64,000 nt of DNA from the IMG/VR virus record IMGVR_UViG_3300046808_001035. The stretch is one strand, 5' to 3'. Below the pieces are notes generated by a model. The model worked only from the letters and a program-made list of their open reading frames with translations, was not told where the DNA came from and ran no database searches. Position numbers and translations under genes: made by a program. This document shows, piece by piece, positions 16,481-25,567 of the stretch (position 1 is the stretch's first letter; each line of letters begins with the position of its first letter). This DNA is from a virus.

Positions 16481-16517
16481 AAGGCAGTTGCTCTATCCAA
16501 CTGAGCTACTGGTGCGT

Positions 16518-16605
16518 TGGTGGCCTAGGCGGGACTTGAACCCGCACGGGGAGTGCTCCCCAACAGATTTTAAGTCTGTCGTGTCTGCCATTTCACCACA
16601 GGGCC
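16518..16605 (-). tRNA. tRNA-Leu(UAA)
   Basis: Cloverleaf with ACAGA-CT-TAA-AA-TCTGT, long variable arm, TTCAAGT loop, encoded CCA. Confidence 0.93.
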
Positions 16606-16617
16606 TTTAACTAAAAA

Positions 16618-16935
16618 CTATTTCCTAGAACGTCTCTTGTCTAGGCTATAGTTTACGAATTGTGCGTCTTCCAGCGCAATACCTTTGCCCTGAATAAACG
16701 CAGACGAACTCACATCTTCAAGTGAGCGGAACTCCCACTCGCCAGTCTTCATGTTGTACTGGGCAAACTCTCGCTTGACCAGCTCAAGCTTCCATTGAGC
16801 GTCCGTAATTTTACGGACAGCAGCAACCTTTGCCTCGTTGAGTGCTGCGGAAAAATACATTCCGTCAACAACTCCGAGCAAGAGCACACCTGCCGTGTAC
16901 GCTGCCAGCTTAAACCAGCTATAGTTCATAAGCAT
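16618..16935 (-). CDS. Hypothetical membrane protein
   Basis: N-terminal hydrophobic segment; A.YN..TGEWEF tail. Confidence 0.6.
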   Translation of the reverse strand: MLMNYSWFKLAAYTAGVLLLGVVDGMYFSAALNEAKVAAVRKITDAQWKLELVKREFAQYNMKTGEWEFRSLEDVSSSAFIQGKGIALEDAQFVNYSLDKRRSRK

Positions 16936-17305
16936 AGTTTGCGTGTGGATGATTGAGATTCAGTCTAACTCTTTTGCCAGTAACCACACGGTCACCGACA
17001 AGCCAAGCTTTGCTAGTCCAGGCGTTACCCTGATCTAGCGAGCCTAGGTATTTACGGGCCTCGGCTATCCGATTTTCTGCGAACCAGCGAGGGGTAGCAT
17101 AGTGCCCGTTAACCTTTCCGGTTACTTCGATTACTGTCATCGACGACGGCCTCCACTCGGAGCTAGGCCAGGCGTTAGTGCAAACACCACTACTCTTTGT
17201 GAGTTTAGGCATCTGCGCTACCACATCGCTTGAGCTCATAGTTTTTGCTATGTGCTCGATCTCTGCAGCGATTGTCTGCAGCTTTTGCATGACTTCAGAA
17301 TTCAT
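16919..17305 (-). CDS. Hypothetical protein, paralogue of 17305..17796
   Basis: Shared VTGK..G.....F.....AR..L.SLD.G..W motif. Confidence 0.7.
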   Translation of the reverse strand: MNSEVMQKLQTIAAEIEHIAKTMSSSDVVAQMPKLTKSSGVCTNAWPSSEWRPSSMTVIEVTGKVNGHYATPRWFAENRIAEARKYLGSLDQGNAWTSKAWLVGDRVVTGKRVRLNLNHPHANYAYEL

Positions 17306-17796
17306 TACTTTTTCGCTTTCTTGGGTTTGATTGTGTAGCCGATGTATTCGAGCCTCTGACGGCTAATATAGATCGCAAAGGGCTTGCGCCCCCAAAGAGT
17401 ACCACGACCCTTCTTTATTTCTGTGGCCCACATAGTCCCAGAGTCTAGGCTATTTAGGTGCCCGCGAGCGTCATCTTGCGATCTGAATACCTGGTTAGCA
17501 ACCTGCGCGCCAGCAAGCTTTCCCGTAACCAGGAAAGCTTCTACAGGTTCGCTTTCGTCTGACACATAGAACGCTTTGTAGTCCGCTTGAATTGCTAGCA
17601 TCTGTTGTTTGTCAGACCATACCGAGTCTATGTGCTGGCGCTTTTGCTCTTCTTCGGCTTTAGCTTTCGCTTCAGCTTCCGCGTCCACAGACTTTGCTTG
17701 CGTTGTGGTGTGCACCTGAAGGGCCAAACCAATCAACTCCTCAATGTTGACGGTTATTCTTTTGAGGGTATCCAATACTGCGTTTTCGATGTTCAT
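17305..17796 (-). CDS. Hypothetical protein, paralogue of 16919..17305
   Basis: VTGKLAGAQVANQVF...DARGHLNSLDSGTMW. Confidence 0.7.
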   Translation of the reverse strand: MNIENAVLDTLKRITVNIEELIGLALQVHTTTQAKSVDAEAEAKAKAEEEQKRQHIDSVWSDKQQMLAIQADYKAFYVSDESEPVEAFLVTGKLAGAQVANQVFRSQDDARGHLNSLDSGTMWATEIKKGRGTLWGRKPFAIYISRQRLEYIGYTIKPKKAKK

Positions 17797-17828
17797 TTTA
17801 TCGGTTTATTTGGGGTTAGATAAATAAA

Positions 17829-17904
17829 TGGTAGGCCTGGTTGGAATTGAACCAACAACCAAGCGTTTATGAGACGCCTGCTCTAACCATTGAGCTACAG
17901 GCCC
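17829..17904 (-). tRNA. tRNA with CAU anticodon, probably Ile2 (lysidine type)
   Basis: GGGCCTG TA GCTC AATGGTTA GAGC A GGCGT CT CAT AA ACGCT...CAGGCCT A CCA; body resembles bacterial tRNA-Ile2. Confidence 0.85.
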
Positions 17905-17950
17905 ATTCATTTATCGAGTGATTTGAAAGCTAATGCTTCCCTATCAATAT

Positions 17951-17979
17951 ATTATACCAAAAACAAACCAAAAATCGTA
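17951..17979 (-). promoter_or_regulatory. Promoter of the tRNA operon (same class as the cassette promoters)
   Basis: TACGAT-N14-TGGTATAAT-ATATTG. Confidence 0.7.
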
Positions 17980-17980
17980 A

Positions 17981-18229
17981 TTACACAGTGATCTTTCTAT
18001 GCTCTTTTTCTTTAGCTTTGAGCGTCTTACTAAGCTCGTGTTTTATAGCTTCTATTTCTTTTTTTAGTGCTGCAACTTCAGCTTTTAACAGAGCAAACTC
18101 ATGCACACTACCAAGGCCAGACATAAACGATCCACCCATATCGTTAGCTACTACAACTCGTCTATGATCTATGTATAGATCTGGTCGTGGAGTGTCAGTC
18201 CCTGTAGTTGTGGTAATTATATAGCTCAT
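17981..18229 (-). CDS. Hypothetical protein
   Basis: 82 aa, C-terminal coiled coil. Confidence 0.55.
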   Translation of the reverse strand: MSYIITTTTGTDTPRPDLYIDHRRVVVANDMGGSFMSGLGSVHEFALLKAEVAALKKEIEAIKHELSKTLKAKEKEHRKITV

Positions 18230-18232
18230 GAT

Positions 18233-19756
18233 TTATGAGTAACAGTACACTATTTCTTTAATACCAGACTCATCTACTACAAAGCAACTCTGACGAGAGA
18301 TATTATTTAACCCAAAAGCCTCACTATGCTTGTCTCCTTTGACTGAGGTAGAAAGCATATAGTGTTCGAACTCTGCATACTCTCGCATTTCCAGGTGATG
18401 CTGATCTGCAGTCACCAACACTTTTTGCTTAACTCCGATCAGCTCTTCAGGCTTACTTAGAAAAAGGTTTGCGATGTATTTTTCTCTATCTTTACCGCTA
18501 GGTAGTCTGCCTTTGTACTCTGCACTATAGCCGTGAGAGATTACGAACAATGTGCTTTTGACTTTAAAGAGCCCGTGGTCTGTCTGGAACACATCGATAG
18601 AGATTCTTGGCTCTGAGCGATAATAGGCCTGCAGCGTCTTAAAGAGTACCCAGTCCCCAAAGTCATTGTGGTTTCCTTTAACGCTGTTGACTCGAACTTT
18701 CGGAAAGATTTCAAGCAAAGAGTCGATCAGCAGAACAATGCTACTGAAGGCGCTAGAGAACTGTTCCTCCTTGATGCAATCGTGTACAAGCATAGTTCCT
18801 TTGGTGGTGAAGCCTGCTCCAGTAGTGTGTAGGATATCACCCATGGCAGCAAGCACACACTCGTCAAAACTGTAATTCCTTGATTCGACTGCTTCTTTAA
18901 TCTCTTGAACATATTTTTTGATGTAGTTTATTGCGTCTTGTGTGCTGTAGCCCTTGTTTCTGTATGAGTCTTTAGGGTTAGACTTTGCACCAAAATGCAC
19001 GTCAGACAAACCTACAACAAAAGACTTTCTAGTTTTATTGTCTTTCTTCTCCCCTTTGTAAACTACTTTTTCTTTAGCTGGAGGATCCCATGAGCTAATA
19101 AAATTAGTGAAAGGGTCTAGAACACCTTCCTGCAATCTTCTCCATTTAGAGGCATCTTCCTCTGTTTCTTTCCAGCTACGCTTCTGAAACTCTTGATAGA
19201 GGTTAAACTTTTTCTTTTGAAGAATGTCTTTGGCGATGTCTTTTACATCACGCTCTTTGATCTGTTCATCTGTGACAGGTTCACTGTCATGAGTGATGCC
19301 TAGAACTTTAAGAATCTCTACAAGGTAGTTCCTAGGAATTTGATAGTTTCTGCACACCTGATTGATTGTGTGCTCTTCACCAATCCAGTTTGAATAGTTC
19401 TCTTTGATTCCTCTGACAGTGTCGCCTGGAAGCACAATGTTTCCATTAGCAGACTTAAGATACATGATATACTTGTCGTCTTGCTTGTTGTAAATGTACT
19501 TTTCAGCGAATTTGAGGCTACTCTCCCATTCAATACTGTTGTCTGTAGACACATCTTCTTCTTGAAGGGTAATATCTTTTTTTAGCTCTTCAAAAACACT
19601 AGCTACCTGAGAGCTCGTATAGGAAAGGTTTTCGTACAGATACTTCGCAACACCTTTCTTTGCCGCTCTGAGTTTTCGGCACTTGTCGAGGACACTAGCA
19701 GGGACACTCATTTTTATTTTTTTTGATTTCGCTCTTTTTTGCTTTTTAGTTCGCAT
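18233..19756 (-). CDS. Calcineurin-like metallophosphoesterase domain protein
   Basis: GLSDVHFG, MGDILH, GNHND, SHG, DQHH motifs. Confidence 0.8.
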   Translation of the reverse strand: MRTKKQKRAKSKKIKMSVPASVLDKCRKLRAAKKGVAKYLYENLSYTSSQVASVFEELKKDITLQEEDVSTDNSIEWESSLKFAEKYIYNKQDDKYIMYLKSANGNIVLPGDTVRGIKENYSNWIGEEHTINQVCRNYQIPRNYLVEILKVLGITHDSEPVTDEQIKERDVKDIAKDILQKKKFNLYQEFQKRSWKETEEDASKWRRLQEGVLDPFTNFISSWDPPAKEKVVYKGEKKDNKTRKSFVVGLSDVHFGAKSNPKDSYRNKGYSTQDAINYIKKYVQEIKEAVESRNYSFDECVLAAMGDILHTTGAGFTTKGTMLVHDCIKEEQFSSAFSSIVLLIDSLLEIFPKVRVNSVKGNHNDFGDWVLFKTLQAYYRSEPRISIDVFQTDHGLFKVKSTLFVISHGYSAEYKGRLPSGKDREKYIANLFLSKPEELIGVKQKVLVTADQHHLEMREYAEFEHYMLSTSVKGDKHSEAFGLNNISRQSCFVVDESGIKEIVYCYS

Positions 19757-19872
19757 AACTGGTTGCTTTAGTCTGTCTTAGGTAGTGTACAATATTTGTA
19801 CAATTTTTGGCTGTTTTTAAAATTGTACAGTTTACATAACTACCAGAGAAGCTATTGCGTATTAGTCTTTTT

Positions 19873-20832
19873 TTAAGAGGCTAGCGTTGTCGCTGTTTCG
19901 GTATCTGAAGCTACTCCGTAACCTTGAGCGTCAATTCCTCGTATTTTTATATCGTAAGCTGTACTATTAGCTAACCCAGTGATTACTAAAGGTGAAACTG
20001 CACTCGCAGGAGTTCTCGCAGCCCATGTAGCTCCTGCATTAAGGCTGTATTCGTAGTTAACAATATTCTTGTTGGTAGATATGAACTCGATTGTAAGCTG
20101 TGTAGCTGTGGGCACAATATTGTCTATTATGGCTGCTGCAGGATTTACTGTGTTTATTACGAAGTCAGACGACTCAGGACCATATAAGCTGCCTCCAAAG
20201 TATGCTCTCAGCTTCAAGTTATATGTGGTGTTGTTACTGAGTCCTCTTATCGTTATGGGAGAATTTAAACTTCCTGGCATTCTATCTTTCCAGGTGGTAC
20301 CTCCATCAAGACTATACTGATAGTTTAACGGCGTACTGCCTTGAGGTGTGACCGCAGCTGTAAAGTTGACTGTTACGCTTTCGTCCTCATAGCTTCTAAC
20401 TATACTACCTATTGTTGGGGCCTCAGAAAGCTCTAACACAGCGTCAAGAGCAGTGATATTGTATATAGCCGCAGCCCCAAGAACCTCAAGATCAGTCAAG
20501 TCTACTACAAGTTTTTTTACTTCATATATCAAGCTGTCAAACACAGTAGTTAGCCACTCAGGAGTTCTACCTATCAGCTCGATAGTATTTGTCCTGAAAT
20601 AAGAGGAACCTTCTCCAGGAAGATCCTCTTCAAAGTCTTCTAGTTGCGCGGGCGTACACACAGCCACAAAAGTTTCATCTATGGTATTTTTTGCAAAATT
20701 ACGCACGCGCTGCTTTACAAATATTTTGTCAGGCATTTCTTCAGCGTTTGCTGTACTAACAACAAGCTTGTAAGACGAGATATCTGGTAGAGCGACGGTG
20801 CTTTGCTTGACTAGCTGTATGCTTTTTGCCAT
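19873..20832 (-). CDS. Virion-type protein with two fibronectin type III-like repeats
   Basis: Two YQ/EYSL..G.TW...SP..I.GL.N.T.Y..K.R repeats; start set at MAKSIQ. Confidence 0.75.
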   Translation of the reverse strand: MAKSIQLVKQSTVALPDISSYKLVVSTANAEEMPDKIFVKQRVRNFAKNTIDETFVAVCTPAQLEDFEEDLPGEGSSYFRTNTIELIGRTPEWLTTVFDSLIYEVKKLVVDLTDLEVLGAAAIYNITALDAVLELSEAPTIGSIVRSYEDESVTVNFTAAVTPQGSTPLNYQYSLDGGTTWKDRMPGSLNSPITIRGLSNNTTYNLKLRAYFGGSLYGPESSDFVINTVNPAAAIIDNIVPTATQLTIEFISTNKNIVNYEYSLNAGATWAARTPASAVSPLVITGLANSTAYDIKIRGIDAQGYGVASDTETATTLAS

Positions 20833-20909
20833 TTGCTTATAATAAAATGATTGCCTATTGGTAGATATAGTATACAACAAGCCTAGACCAGGACAACAAC
20901 AATAACTTT

Positions 20910-21485
20910 ATGTCAAACCAACAAGATAATAGCATCTACAGAACAGGAGATCTAGTGATCGGAAGCTCTGACCCAAGCAAATCGGTATATTCTTCAACAG
21001 GGCAGAAGCTCTCTGAGTCAGGGGTGTCTATTTTCGGTTCGCCTGAAGACCTTGAAGGGCAGTACAAAGCTATCGTAAGATCTGCCACAATGAGCGGAGG
21101 CACAAAAATTCCAATTTCAGGGTTGAAGAAAGCAAAAAAACCAAAGAACTCAGCAAGAACAACCGAGTTTCAGCAAAATTGGCCAAATCTTCAAGCAGAA
21201 CCTACCCCTCCTGTACCGGTGAAGCTGAAAACAATTCAATTTGAAAACGATTTTGGTAAAATTAAAGCAAAAGTAGAGCAAATACTTAACCACGACCAGG
21301 CCTATATGCTTGTTTTTTCTGACGAAGACGCTGTTGTTTTTGAGCCTAAGGTTGGCGAGCACCTCGTATTGCATACAGATCATGGAGCAGAAACCGTTTA
21401 CTATCCAGGAGTTACTTTTAACTGGCCACAAGACACTAAAAAGCTTATGATTCTGTTCAAAGTCCCTGAGGAATCACAAGAATAA
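20910..21485 (+). CDS. Hypothetical protein
   Basis: 191 aa, first gene of the plus-strand block. Confidence 0.7.
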   Translation: MSNQQDNSIYRTGDLVIGSSDPSKSVYSSTGQKLSESGVSIFGSPEDLEGQYKAIVRSATMSGGTKIPISGLKKAKKPKNSARTTEFQQNWPNLQAEPTPPVPVKLKTIQFENDFGKIKAKVEQILNHDQAYMLVFSDEDAVVFEPKVGEHLVLHTDHGAETVYYPGVTFNWPQDTKKLMILFKVPEESQE

Positions 21486-21488
21486 GCT

Positions 21489-21656
21489 ATGGAAAAACAT
21501 GGAATGCTTACAAGCAATAGTCAAAGCGACTATGACAGCACAAAGAAAGCTGAATACTATGACGCTGAGGGCTACCTGGTAGCCGACGAAGCAAACAAGA
21601 GCAAATTAGCTCGCCCAGAAAAGATCAGTAAGCCAGAGAACACAGAGAAAGAATAG
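21489..21656 (+). CDS. 55-aa hypothetical protein
   Basis: Manual translation MEKHGMLTSNSQSDYDSTKKAEYYD...; exactly fills the gap before the putative portal. Confidence 0.6.
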   Translation: MEKHGMLTSNSQSDYDSTKKAEYYDAEGYLVADEANKSKLARPEKISKPENTEKE

Positions 21657-21657
21657 C

Positions 21658-23433
21658 ATGACTACACCTGACGATCCTCAATCCTACTTCAAAGTAGGAG
21701 ATAACGGTAGAGATAGATACTCTAATCCGTTCTATAACATCCCGCTCCAATATTTGCCGATGAATATTGAGGGTATGCTCTTGTGGGCAGAGCATCTCTT
21801 GTTCCGTAATGGTTTTTATAAGCAGGCACTTAATAGAATCGCAAACTATTTCATCACTTCTCTATCTATTGAGTGCGATGATGAAGAGGCCAAGCAAGAG
21901 TATACGCGGGTTTTTGAGCAGCTGCAGTGGAAAAAGATATGCTCTAAAGCAGGCTTGAACATGCTAGCCTTTGGAAATGAATTTATTACGGTCAACCAAG
22001 GCTTTAACAGGTATCTATCTTGTCCTAGCTGCAACAAGACTACAAACATCAGCAAAATATTCAATTACGAATTTCATAAGAATAAGTATTCTATGGGCTG
22101 CTTGAAGTGCGGCTACAAAGGAGAGCACAAGTGCCTAGACAAACCTGCCACAGACGTTGATAAGATTCACGTAGTTCATTGGCCTGCTAAAGAAATCAAG
22201 ATTCGTTACGAGGAAACTACAGGCGAGTCTGAGTATTTCTGGGATATTCCTCAGCAGTACGCTAAAAAGGTTACAACCAAGAATAATAAGTTCTATAGTA
22301 AAAAGACCCCACAAATAATTTACGAGTGCATTCATAACAAAACGATGCTCGCGTTCAATCCTAAGAACTTTATCCATCTAAAGCTTGATACGCCTAACAC
22401 TATCAGGACGGACGGTAAGGCAATTCCTCCAAGTATGTTTATTTTTGAGGATTTCTTTATGCTTCAAACCTTGAAGAGATATAACGAGGTTATCTGTTTT
22501 GAAGATATTGCTCCTTTCCGAGTAATTTCTATGGGTGATGGCTCAAACCCAGCAGCAAACCCTCTTCTTAACCAGAATGGTGCTGTTTGGACCAACGCTG
22601 TGGATGAAATGATTGAGGAGCACAGACGAGATCCGGGGTCATATCATAAATTTGCATTTCCTTTGAGCTACCAGCAGCTAGGAGGAGAAGGTACCAAGCT
22701 CGCGCCTGTCGAAATGATGGATCAAGCAAAGAAAAACATACTAAATGCTCTAGATATTCCTGTAGAGATGTTTGAAATGACTTTTCAGCAGCAGGCAGCA
22801 GCTCCAATGTTGCGCATGTTCGAAAATGCCTGGAGTGTTATACCCTCAAACTACAACACTCTGTTAAACCACCTAGGCACTGTTGTAGGTAATATCCTTG
22901 GTCTACCTAAAGCCAAGGTATCAATCATTCCAATTACGTTTTCTGACGATATTGAGCGTAAGGGTGTTATTAGCCAGCTTGTTTCAGCTAATTCCATTGC
23001 CCGTAGCGAGCTTCTCAAGCTCTACAACTTCGATTACGAAGACCAGATCAGAAAGAAAATGGAAGAAGATCGCATTACACAAGAAATCCAGCAAGAAGAG
23101 AAAGAAAAACAAGAGCTCGCTCAGGCAGGGCAGCAAAACGTTCTTCAGGTACTTCAAGGCCAAGCTCAAGGAGGAGCTCAAGGACAGCCAGGACAACCTG
23201 GTCAAGTCCCATCAGGAGGAGGCACGCCTCAAGATGCTCTTGAGCAGGCTCAACAGATGGCGCAACAGCTATTCCCTCTCGATGGTGCTCAGCGCAGAGC
23301 CCAGCTGCAGCAGATCAAGGCTCAAGACCAGGATATGTATGCTCAGGTTAAAGCCCAGCTGGAGCAAATGACATCTCAATCTCGGTCCCAAGGATTACAA
23401 GGGGCTAAACAACAAGCAGCCCAAGGAGGATAA
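21658..23433 (+). CDS. Putative portal protein
   Basis: 591 aa; helical N-terminus, GNEF beta-rich stem, disordered Gln-rich tail; size and layout fit a portal but no diagnostic motif. Confidence 0.55.
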   Translation: MTTPDDPQSYFKVGDNGRDRYSNPFYNIPLQYLPMNIEGMLLWAEHLLFRNGFYKQALNRIANYFITSLSIECDDEEAKQEYTRVFEQLQWKKICSKAGLNMLAFGNEFITVNQGFNRYLSCPSCNKTTNISKIFNYEFHKNKYSMGCLKCGYKGEHKCLDKPATDVDKIHVVHWPAKEIKIRYEETTGESEYFWDIPQQYAKKVTTKNNKFYSKKTPQIIYECIHNKTMLAFNPKNFIHLKLDTPNTIRTDGKAIPPSMFIFEDFFMLQTLKRYNEVICFEDIAPFRVISMGDGSNPAANPLLNQNGAVWTNAVDEMIEEHRRDPGSYHKFAFPLSYQQLGGEGTKLAPVEMMDQAKKNILNALDIPVEMFEMTFQQQAAAPMLRMFENAWSVIPSNYNTLLNHLGTVVGNILGLPKAKVSIIPITFSDDIERKGVISQLVSANSIARSELLKLYNFDYEDQIRKKMEEDRITQEIQQEEKEKQELAQAGQQNVLQVLQGQAQGGAQGQPGQPGQVPSGGGTPQDALEQAQQMAQQLFPLDGAQRRAQLQQIKAQDQDMYAQVKAQLEQMTSQSRSQGLQGAKQQAAQGG

Positions 23434-23435
23434 TT

Positions 23436-23816
23436 ATGGCTAAAAAACAATACAATTGCGTTGTTAGTGGAAAAGTAATTCCCAAAGAGCGTGTAGAGGC
23501 TTTAAAAATGCTTGGCGTGCCAGAGAACCGTTGGACGTGCGTCGAACACGCATTGGCTATGCCTAGAAAGGGTATATACATGGGAGAAAACGGTACAAGC
23601 GAACTCAGGATCGTAGACAAGGTGTATAACGACTCTGTTCGATCTGTTTTTGGTAAAGCTAAGAAAGAAAAAGTGTTTAATGAAGACCCTGTCGTAGAAG
23701 AGGAAGAACCTGACAAAGGGCCTTACGAGTCGAGAGAGTTAAACTATTATATTTCTGACGAAGATACCCCCGATCCAGACGAAAAAATAGAAATTATTAA
23801 GCGACACAACCCATGA
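23436..23816 (+). CDS. DksA/TraR-like zinc-finger protein
   Basis: CVVSGKVIPKERVEAL...TCVEH resembles CxxCGxxIPxxRLxAxP...CxxC. Confidence 0.6.
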   Translation: MAKKQYNCVVSGKVIPKERVEALKMLGVPENRWTCVEHALAMPRKGIYMGENGTSELRIVDKVYNDSVRSVFGKAKKEKVFNEDPVVEEEEPDKGPYESRELNYYISDEDTPDPDEKIEIIKRHNP

Positions 23817-23861
23817 ATTATAGTATAATTATAGTAAGCTTATGCCAGCAAAACTATAATT

Positions 23862-24359
23862 ATGTTAGACGAAAACTTACTCCGGGACCTTACAGCTTCG
23901 GTTAATTCTTTAGAATCAAGTAGAAGATTAGCCGAAGCAGAGATCACTAATATGCGTGTGCGAGTAGACGCGCATATAGCCACCACTCAGGAACAATTCA
24001 AATCTCTTACGTCCACTATGTCTGAGATAAGAGACATGGCTAGAGACAACAGAAATATTACCATAGGCTTCGATGGCAATAATGGGTTGAGAGGTAATTT
24101 GACCAATCTAGTTAGAGATGTCACAGACATGGCTAAAGATTTTGAATTTTTACGTCAAACAGCTAAAAACTATATGGAAATGAAAACCTGGTTTGTGCGG
24201 TTACTCATCACCTCACTCTGTGCCATTTTTTTCCAGCTGGTTGGAAGTCTCTGGAGCTTAAATGAGCAGAGGGCTAAGCAAGATTCTTTGCGTGAAGATA
24301 TCTCAAAGCTTATGTCTTATGTAGACCAGCAAAAAGACGGCGCAGCCAAACCTCGCTAG
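23862..24359 (+). CDS. Coiled-coil membrane protein (lysis region)
   Basis: GFDGNNGL motif then one hydrophobic helix. Confidence 0.55.
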   Translation: MLDENLLRDLTASVNSLESSRRLAEAEITNMRVRVDAHIATTQEQFKSLTSTMSEIRDMARDNRNITIGFDGNNGLRGNLTNLVRDVTDMAKDFEFLRQTAKNYMEMKTWFVRLLITSLCAIFFQLVGSLWSLNEQRAKQDSLREDISKLMSYVDQQKDGAAKPR

Positions 24360-24366
24360 GGGACTG

Positions 24367-24585
24367 ATGAAACTCTTTAAGTGCATACTTATCTTGATGT
24401 TTTCAAGTTGTGCCAGTCGCGGCAAACTTGAGCTTAGAGCACCATCAAGAACACCTAAACCTGAAGCACTCAAATCCACAGAGCGGGCTGTACAAGGACT
24501 TAACAATATTAGTAGGCTTATAAACTCAGCAGACTTTAGAGTCGATAGGTTGCAAAGACTTGTAGATGAGTTGGAAACTCAATAA
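24367..24585 (+). CDS. Small lipoprotein, o-spanin candidate
   Basis: MKLFKCILILMFSSC lipobox-like signal; lysis context. Confidence 0.5.
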   Translation: MKLFKCILILMFSSCASRGKLELRAPSRTPKPEALKSTERAVQGLNNISRLINSADFRVDRLQRLVDELETQ

Positions 24586-24591
24586 TTATCT

Positions 24592-25119
24592 ATGATGCAG
24601 ACCATACGAGTTATTCTTTTTTTAGCTTGCGCTAGCTTATCTTTTGCAGCGCAACCAAAATTAGATTTGACAGGGATTAAACAGCAAATTATTGAAGAGC
24701 TGTTTGAGCTTAAAAAAGATTTACAGCAAGCTAAAGTTCAGCTGGATAGCTTGGCAGTAAACAACCAGCAAATTAAAATATCACTTAACGAAATGGAATC
24801 GTGGGGGTTATTGCAGCAAGAAGAAAAAGAACGCTACTACGCGCAGGCAATTGAAGCTTCCGCAGAAACAGAAACTATACGTGCGCAATTAGATCAAGAA
24901 AAGGCGCTCAGAGCCAAAGTATCGAGCAGCTACAACAGAATTAAAAATATTCTAGGTTGTTTATTTGGAACAATGCTAGCTATACTTGTATTCAAGCTTA
25001 ATAACAGTTTTCTTGGTTCTCTTGGAGCATCCGCGTTACCTCAACTCAGATTGCTAGGGTTTGTAGCTCCTGTGGCCGGGTTTGCTTTAGGTTATTTAGC
25101 AATATATCTATACTTTTAA
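24592..25119 (+). CDS. Exported coiled-coil protein with C-terminal TM helices, spanin candidate
   Basis: Signal peptide, long coiled coil, two hydrophobic segments. Confidence 0.5.
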   Translation: MMQTIRVILFLACASLSFAAQPKLDLTGIKQQIIEELFELKKDLQQAKVQLDSLAVNNQQIKISLNEMESWGLLQQEEKERYYAQAIEASAETETIRAQLDQEKALRAKVSSSYNRIKNILGCLFGTMLAILVFKLNNSFLGSLGASALPQLRLLGFVAPVAGFALGYLAIYLYF

Positions 25120-25120
25120 T

Positions 25121-25567
25121 ATGCTAAATCAGCTTCAGACAATAGCTAAAACAGCAGCCTCTTTTTTACAGCAGGGTGTTGCTCCTCCTAATACTCCCGA
25201 AAATCTAAAAGAAAAACTTTCTGAGAAAAACCATTTAGCGTCTAAAAAGTTTTTTTTAGCCTTCTCAGGTTTCATTATCCTGGCCGTGTTTTTTGTGTTT
25301 AGTGTGGGGTTGCTCTATAGCATGATTAACTACCCAGTCATACTGCCTTCTTATACGTTGATATTTACAAAAACTATTGAAGTTTTTGCTGTAATCATGG
25401 TGGTTTATCTTGGAGGACAGGCTGCAGTAGATCTAAAATACAACAGCTCAAGCAGCACAGAAAACGTAACTTCTACCGAAAATATAAATAGTTATCAAAA
25501 AATTGATATCACCGAGACTGTGGCTATCGAAAAGGAAGATGACTATACTTTGGAGGTTGAAGAATGA
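25121..25567 (+). CDS. Putative holin
   Basis: SKKF followed by two TM helices and Y.GGQAAVD; overlaps the endolysin start (ATGA). Confidence 0.6.
   Translation: MLNQLQTIAKTAASFLQQGVAPPNTPENLKEKLSEKNHLASKKFFLAFSGFIILAVFFVFSVGLLYSMINYPVILPSYTLIFTKTIEVFAVIMVVYLGGQAAVDLKYNSSSSTENVTSTENINSYQKIDITETVAIEKEDDYTLEVEE

Larger units (their letters stand above)
15840..16515 (-). tRNA. tRNA-Arg(UCU), intron-split (exon 1 16481-16515, exon 2 15840-15881)
   Basis: Joined exons give GCACCAG TA GCTC AGTTGGATA GAGC A ACTGC CT TCT AA GTGGT TGGTC GCAGG TTCGAGT CCTGC CTGGTGC A CCA (77 nt). Confidence 0.92.
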
